Assembly: GCA_003447535.1 (NCBI GenBank) | Contig: DLYY01000011.1 | Span: forward strand, 1-39,385 | Direction: 5' to 3' | Length of the DNA stretch: 39,385 bases | Source: Bacteroidota bacterium | Lineage (GTDB): Bacteria > Bacteroidota > Bacteroidia > Chitinophagales > UBA8649 | Shown here: piece by piece, positions 34,017 through 39,385 of the stretch | Layout of the letters: every line of letters begins with the position of its first letter | Position numbering within the stretch: position 1 is the first letter of the stretch | Made by a program: the position numbers and the translations under genes | Notes under the pieces: generated by a model | Seen by the model: the letters and a program-made list of their open reading frames with translations, nothing else | Databases searched by the model: none | What the model was told of the DNA's origin: nothing

Positions 34017-34229
34017 ATTAAGGCAAAATTGATAATAATCAACACACTGTTAATTCAAGTTCAAGAAGTATTTGTTGAAATACAAATTGTGAAATTAAAG
34101 TTTGTTTCATGGGGAAAAGTCAACAATACAGTACTCATTTATTAAGTATTCCAATTTTACAAGCTATATCCACATCAAGCAAGTACTTTTAACGTTGTAA
34201 TTAACACCATATGTTAATAGCTTAGGATA

Positions 34230-37200
34230 ATGATTAGAGATAAAATCATAGAATCAGGTAAAGTAGGTCTTTATAAACGACTTGAATACCAAATTTCTGT
34301 TGCTCTTTGTCTTTGTGCTGCTGTCTGGAGTGTACTTAGTTTTATCCTTATGTTATTCGATAACAGTGGAAATAAAAGCTGGATGGTATGGGTGGTTTTA
34401 CCTTTCAGTATAGTGACTTTCTTTATTATCCTTTATAGGATATTCTATACATATACGCGAAACGAACATGATATAGTAAGCGGCGTCTTATTGCGATATA
34501 ATCACCAAGCCGATCAGATAAAGCACAAGCTTAAATATGGATTAGAATTTGAGCAGAGCTATCCAGAAAAAAATGTTCCACCGATCGATGATTTACTTCC
34601 AAATTGGAATACGGAGAGAGGACTACAACAGAAGTTTAGAAAACTATTGATATTGTCTGTTTTTACAGCTGTATTACTGATAAGCTTAAGTCCATGGAAA
34701 GCAGCATTTTCAACGGCGTTTACATTCAAGGCAGAGGGTATCAACGATAACAATATTACTTGGGTGTCAGATACAACAGCACAAGTAGGCCAACCATACA
34801 CCTTGCTGGCACTTGTTAAAGATACAGGAGATATATCTGCTAAATTATTTCTTAATAATTTGAAAATCAATTACTTATATAAAAATGACACGCTATTCTA
34901 TGCTATTGAATCAGTGAATCAAGATCTATATTTTACCTGGCGCGATGGCGATAAAATTCTCTCTTCTTTTAGGGTCGAAGTACTATCTAATTCTGCCAAT
35001 ACATATAAGATTTTATTAACTCCACCAAGTTATATACAACAGGAACAGGTTGATTTTATTAATCCTCGGAAGATTGAAGCAATGGAGGGTAGTCTTATGC
35101 GTATTCAAGAATATGTTGATGAGGAAGCTAGCACTCTATACATAAAGGATTCAATTGCACAATTTAACAAGGATATATTGTTAATGAATTCTGCCGAATG
35201 CTTTGCTATGGTTAAAGATGATACAGCTTGGTTAATGACTATTGATGTTATAAAAGATAAGCGACCGAGTATTTCAATCGAATGGGATTTTGATACTACA
35301 GCAAGAGCCTACACTGCAATAGGAACATTTCAAGATGATTTTGGGGTATCAAATGTTTTTCGAAGGGTGAATTTTATTCGTTCAGGAAAAGTTATAGATA
35401 GCAAGCGTTACAATGTTACTCATGATAAGGGATTAGAAGGTGACTTTGCCGATTACTTTAGGCGAAAAGATTTATGGAAGACGGGCATTGATGCCATAGA
35501 GGTAAGTTATGGTGTTTGTGATAACAACGAGGTTAAAGGAAGTCAATGCGCCTATTCACGTAAGTTGGTTCTTACTGTACCAAATCAAGATACTTGGGAC
35601 GATGAAAAGGATCAAGAGGTTCAGAACATGGAGAATACAGCTAATCGCTTAAATATTAGTCAGTCAAATATGAATGAGCGTTTAGAAGATATACGTAATG
35701 AAAGAATGACGGAGGCTATTTCTAATGCAAATAACCAGGAGATAATTGATTTGTTGGAAAGTTTAGAAAGCCTAAGTGATCAAAAAGACTTGTTAAGTGA
35801 GGAGTTAGAAACTTTTATGTTGATGTCTGAAGAGTTTAATGATGCTATTGACACGAATGTCTTGAATCCACTTATTGAAGAAGATCAAGAAGATAACAGG
35901 AGGGAGGAGTTAATGGATAAAATTCGGGAGGCTTTAGAAAAGGGAGATCAAGAAAGTGTTGACGATGCTCTAGAGGAGTTGAGTGAGATGGAAAGCAAAA
36001 AAGAAATGTCTTTAGAGATGTTGGAGCGAATGCTGTCTCAGCTCATGAAGGAAAACGCGTTAAAGGATGCCATAGAAGCACTTGATAAATTAAGTAAGGA
36101 GGAAGACACATTGGACCTAGACGAGGAAGACGCATTATCAAAACAAGAGGAAATCAATGAAAAATTTGATGATATAAAGAAAGACATACAAGAAGGAAAA
36201 GAATTGTTAGGCGAAGAATCAGAAGAGATTGATCAGTTGTCAGAAGAAATTGATAATGCCCTTCAAAACCTTTCAAACGAAATGCAACAAGGTGCCCCAA
36301 GTGAATCCAGTAAGTCAAGTACCGCTCAAAAAATGAAAGAGCTTAGCTCTATGTTATCTATGGCTATGAAATCTGCTAAGCAAAAACAGTTAGAAATGGA
36401 TTTGGCCACACTTCAGCAGCTTTTAGAGAATTTAGTGGATTTATCACTTATTGAAGAGGATTTGTTTCTTTCTATTACGTCTTCTAATGTTGGAGTATAT
36501 ACCAAAGAGCGTAAGGTGAGGAATCAGGCTCTATGGAACAAAAACTTTGATGCTGTAAAGGACACACTTTTGGCACTTGCCTCTCGAAGCCCGACAGCGC
36601 AAAAGCCAATAATAGACGGAATACTTCGTATTGAAAAACGTCAAGGGCTATTGGATAAAAGCTTTGAGCGGGGAAGTCAGGCAAATTGGGCAACGCAAGC
36701 ACAAGGGGTAATGATGGAAGTCAACGAAATAGCATTGCTTCTGGACGAGGCACTACAGAATATCCAAATGAACTTATCTGGCCAAATGCAAGGCAGTCAA
36801 ATGTGTGAGAACCCTGGAGGAAGCGGACAGGGACAAAGCGGTAAGCCTTCAAAAGAAGGAGGTCTTCAGGATATTATGTCAAATCAAGCCGCCATGGGAC
36901 AACAGGGTGAAAAAGAAGGAGAAGGGGGCGAGGGGCAACAGGGTAATTCTGGAGAAGGGGGTGGTGACGAAGCTGACAAAGGCTTGGCAGCGCTAATCCA
37001 AGAACAAGCAAAAATTAGAAATGCTCTAGAGAGTTGGCTCAAAGCAAGTAATCTTGAAAGGGAGGGCCGTGGACTTCTCGATCAAATGAAACGGCAAGAG
37101 CAAATGTTATCAGAAGGCACAGCTACAGGCTCACAAGAGTATAGTGAAGGCTTACAAAACATAGACCTCCAGTTGTTAAAATTAGAGCAAGCGGCAAATA

Positions 37201-37379
37201 AACAAGGCGAAAAGGAAAGCCGTAAATCGTTCTCGCCCGTTGTTGAAGAAGTCGTTATTATACCCGAGGAGGTGCAGCAAAAAATTAGTCAAATCCTACA
37301 ACGTCGAAAAAGACCTCAAATGGAAAACCCTGGCTTAATAGCATTCTATGATAAACTATGGAGATCATTTACACAATAA
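34230..37379 (+). CDS. Large membrane-anchored acidic coiled-coil protein (resembles what I recall as Bacteroidota DUF4175-type proteins)
   Basis: 1049-aa uninterrupted ORF with three N-terminal hydrophobic segments (ISVALCLCAAVWSVLSFILMLF, WMVWVVLPFSIVTFFIILY, LLILSVFTAVLLISL) and a beta-rich middle. A long E/D/L/K-rich heptad-like region spans roughly aa 450-730. It ends in a G/Q/E low-complexity tail (GGSGQGQSGK...GEKEGEGGEGQQGNSGEGGGDE). Confidence 0.8.
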   Translation: MIRDKIIESGKVGLYKRLEYQISVALCLCAAVWSVLSFILMLFDNSGNKSWMVWVVLPFSIVTFFIILYRIFYTYTRNEHDIVSGVLLRYNHQADQIKHKLKYGLEFEQSYPEKNVPPIDDLLPNWNTERGLQQKFRKLLILSVFTAVLLISLSPWKAAFSTAFTFKAEGINDNNITWVSDTTAQVGQPYTLLALVKDTGDISAKLFLNNLKINYLYKNDTLFYAIESVNQDLYFTWRDGDKILSSFRVEVLSNSANTYKILLTPPSYIQQEQVDFINPRKIEAMEGSLMRIQEYVDEEASTLYIKDSIAQFNKDILLMNSAECFAMVKDDTAWLMTIDVIKDKRPSISIEWDFDTTARAYTAIGTFQDDFGVSNVFRRVNFIRSGKVIDSKRYNVTHDKGLEGDFADYFRRKDLWKTGIDAIEVSYGVCDNNEVKGSQCAYSRKLVLTVPNQDTWDDEKDQEVQNMENTANRLNISQSNMNERLEDIRNERMTEAISNANNQEIIDLLESLESLSDQKDLLSEELETFMLMSEEFNDAIDTNVLNPLIEEDQEDNRREELMDKIREALEKGDQESVDDALEELSEMESKKEMSLEMLERMLSQLMKENALKDAIEALDKLSKEEDTLDLDEEDALSKQEEINEKFDDIKKDIQEGKELLGEESEEIDQLSEEIDNALQNLSNEMQQGAPSESSKSSTAQKMKELSSMLSMAMKSAKQKQLEMDLATLQQLLENLVDLSLIEEDLFLSITSSNVGVYTKERKVRNQALWNKNFDAVKDTLLALASRSPTAQKPIIDGILRIEKRQGLLDKSFERGSQANWATQAQGVMMEVNEIALLLDEALQNIQMNLSGQMQGSQMCENPGGSGQGQSGKPSKEGGLQDIMSNQAAMGQQGEKEGEGGEGQQGNSGEGGGDEADKGLAALIQEQAKIRNALESWLKASNLEREGRGLLDQMKRQEQMLSEGTATGSQEYSEGLQNIDLQLLKLEQAANKQGEKESRKSFSPVVEEVVIIPEEVQQKISQILQRRKRPQMENPGLIAFYDKLWRSFTQ

Positions 37380-37408
37380 ATGAGATTATTATATACTATC
37401 TTTGATTT

Positions 37409-37807
37409 ATGCAGCAATTGATTGTTTCTTCTAAACACGAAAGCCTCAAAGAAATTGAGCATTTCCTAGAACAAGTTGTTGTGGAGCACAATGTGGCAGA
37501 CGAGGTTTTTGGAAACATGCTGATTGGTGTGACGGAAGCAGTTAATAATGCTATTATTCATGGCAACAAGGAGGATGACACTAAAAAAGTAGTCCTAGAG
37601 TTCGAGCGCGAGGAGAGCCCAGACAAGTTGGTTTTTCATATACATGACGAGGGAAATGGTTTTGATTATAATGGCTTGCCTGACCCCACCCATCCTGACA
37701 ATTTAATGGTTGTGGGTGGACGCGGAGTGTTTTTAATTAAACAATTAGCGGATTGGGTAGTCTTCAGTAATGACGGTGCAACCATAGAACTTCAATTTAG
37801 ACTATAA
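37409..37807 (+). CDS. GHKL-type ATPase, SpoIIAB/RsbW-like (anti-sigma serine kinase fold, HATPase_c_2-like)
   Basis: N-box EAVNNAIIHGN, G1 DEGNGFD and G2 GGRGVFLIKQL. 132 aa. Confidence 0.75.
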   Translation: MQQLIVSSKHESLKEIEHFLEQVVVEHNVADEVFGNMLIGVTEAVNNAIIHGNKEDDTKKVVLEFEREESPDKLVFHIHDEGNGFDYNGLPDPTHPDNLMVVGGRGVFLIKQLADWVVFSNDGATIELQFRL

Positions 37808-37816
37808 CGTTGCGGT

Positions 37817-38239
37817 ATGTTTGTGCGTGTATTACGCGACGGCAATTCAGAGTTCTCGATAACAGCTCGAGAGATAAAAGAGGCCCTGGCTGTCTTTTGC
37901 CAAGATTACGATTTATCTATTCGTGGAATTGATATCATCTTCACGGATAGTGTAAGCCAAATAAAGCACAACACCTCCTTGCTCAACCACCATTATGACA
38001 CAGATGTCATAACCCAAGAAAGGGAAACACCAATGGGAAGGCATTTAGAGTTTTATATTAATGGCACGACGGTTTTCTTGGAAGAGGATGAAGCCCCCAA
38101 GTCCTATATACTGCGTATGTTTTTTCACGGCCTATTGCACGTAATGGGCTATACCGATGGGAGTGATTTAGAAAAGAGAACAATGCACCTAGAGGAAAAC
38201 CGCCTACTTCAATTGTTCCACGTGGAACATAAAGCATAA
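37817..38239 (+). CDS. ybeY: rRNA maturation endoribonuclease YbeY
   Basis: [13 protein letters not shown] (the HGxLHLxGY zinc-binding motif, in the Bacteroidota-style GYxD variant). 140 aa. Located immediately upstream of mnmG. Confidence 0.85.
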   Translation: MFVRVLRDGNSEFSITAREIKEALAVFCQDYDLSIRGIDIIFTDSVSQIKHNTSLLNHHYDTDVITQERETPMGRHLEFYINGTTVFLEEDEAPKSYILRMFFHGLLHVMGYTDGSDLEKRTMHLEENRLLQLFHVEHKA

Positions 38240-39385
38240 TGAATATGATGGACAAGTATGATGTTATTGTTGTGGGCGGTGGTCATGCGGGGTGCGAGGC
38301 CTCAAGGATTTCGGCACAATTGGGTGCTAAAACCCTCCTGATAACCATGAACATGCAAGCCATTGGTCAAATGTCCTGTAACCCTGCAATGGGTGGTGTT
38401 GCTAAGGGTCAAATTGTTCGAGAAATAGATGCATTAGGGGGTTTTTCTGGGAAAGTTGCTGACCGCTCTATGCTTCATTTCCGAATGCTGAATCGATCAA
38501 AAGGGCCCGCCATGCATAGCCCAAGAACACAAAACGACCGACACCTCTTTGCAAGAATTTGGAGGACAGAGTTAGAAAACACCAATAATCTTAACTTTTG
38601 GCAAGATGAGGTGGTTGGCTTGCAAAAAGAAAGAGACAAGGTTACAGGGGTGGTGTGTAGGTCCGGCCTGTATATTTCTGCAGAAAAAATTATTATTACT
38701 GGCGGAACCTTCCTAGGTGGAGTTATTCATATAGGGGAAGATCAAAGAAAATCTGGCCGAGCAGGAGAATCGGCCTCGATAGGCTTAAGCGGGCAATTGC
38801 GTGATTGGGGGTTTGCTACGGGAAGAATGAAAACAGGCACGCCACCAAGAATAGATGGAAGAACCGTGGATTATTCTTCCATGGAAATACAACCAAGCGA
38901 AGAACCCGCAGAGGTTTTTTCTTATGGAGCAAGCGAATTGTTTCAAGAAAGAAGGCATTGTTATATAACGTATACCAACCCTAAAACGCACGATATTTTG
39001 CGAAGGGATTTTAGTAAGTCGCCGATGTTTTCTGGCAGAATTGGAGGTAGGGGGCCGCGGTACTGCCCATCCATAGAGGACAAAATCGATCGCTTTAGCG
39101 AAAGAGACCGTCACCAAATATTTGTTGAGCCAGAAGGTATCGACACAGTGGAGACCTATTTGAATGGTTTTTCAACGTCGCTCCCATTTTCCACCCAGAT
39201 AGAAGCCCTGAACACGATACCAGGCCTAGAAAAGGCAAAAATGTTTCGACCGGGCTATGCTATTGAGTATGATTATTTTCCGCCGAATCAGATAAAACAG
39301 ACGCTAGAAACAAGAGAAATAAGAGGACTCTACTTCGCGGGCCAAATCAACGGAACAACGGGTTATGAGGAGGCAGCATGCCAGG
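38239..39385 (+). CDS. mnmG: tRNA uridine 5-carboxymethylaminomethyl modification enzyme MnmG (GidA), N-terminal part; runs off the window
   Basis: My own translation gives M(NMM)[64 protein letters not shown]...[12 protein letters not shown]...[16 protein letters not shown]. Possible starts are 38239, 38245 or 38248. It is open to the window end, so it is absent from the ORF track. Confidence 0.95.
   Translation, partial: MNMMDKYDVIVVGGGHAGCEASRISAQLGAKTLLITMNMQAIGQMSCNPAMGGVAKGQIVREIDALGGFSGKVADRSMLHFRMLNRSKGPAMHSPRTQNDRHLFARIWRTELENTNNLNFWQDEVVGLQKERDKVTGVVCRSGLYISAEKIIITGGTFLGGVIHIGEDQRKSGRAGESASIGLSGQLRDWGFATGRMKTGTPPRIDGRTVDYSSMEIQPSEEPAEVFSYGASELFQERRHCYITYTNPKTHDILRRDFSKSPMFSGRIGGRGPRYCPSIEDKIDRFSERDRHQIFVEPEGIDTVETYLNGFSTSLPFSTQIEALNTIPGLEKAKMFRPGYAIEYDYFPPNQIKQTLETREIRGLYFAGQINGTTGYEEAACQ

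Noticed and set aside
1-39385. Scanned for CRISPR arrays, transposases, integrases, toxin-antitoxin pairs or defence-type nuclease/helicase genes, especially next to the tRNA
   Set aside because: No regularly spaced repeats were seen, and no ORF carries recombinase, DDE, HNH, PD-(D/E)xK or helicase motifs that I could recognise. Every long ORF is accounted for by the annotations above.

Overview
The window looks like Bacteroidota chromosome. This assignment is an inference from three things: gene content and synteny (DUF4175-like, HATPase, ybeY, mnmG), an XrtF-like exosortase, and a TAnnTTTG -7 box upstream of a tRNA.

The layout is:
- A partial purN lies at 1-402 on the minus strand.
- A very dense glycan-assembly locus of about 28.7 kb spans 493-29177.
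- crcB and tRNA-Leu(GAG) follow it.
- A housekeeping block comes next: a NodB-type deacetylase, gltX, nadD, a nucleoside phosphorylase and a short TDO-like gene.
- An AT-rich intergenic region follows, then a 1049-aa membrane-anchored acidic coiled-coil protein, a SpoIIAB-like ATPase, ybeY and a partial mnmG.

The glycan locus encodes:
- Wzm and an extended Wzt (ABC exporter).
- About 12 glycosyltransferases (10 GT-B/GT4-like, 2 GT2).
- A sulfotransferase.
- A WbpB-like/WbpD-like pair.
- A polytopic membrane protein.
- Wza, a Wzc tyrosine kinase with a (YG)10 tail, and a WecA-like initiating transferase.

Two features of this locus stand out:
- An AsnB-type glutamine amidotransferase immediately followed by a GT4 gene occurs three times.
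- An exosortase-family protein (Cys/Arg/His motifs present) sits in the middle of the locus. It has no XrtF partner gene and no recognisable sorting-signal substrate in the window.

I saw no CRISPR array, transposase, integrase or obvious defence genes. All family assignments come from reading motifs in the supplied translations; no database search was run.
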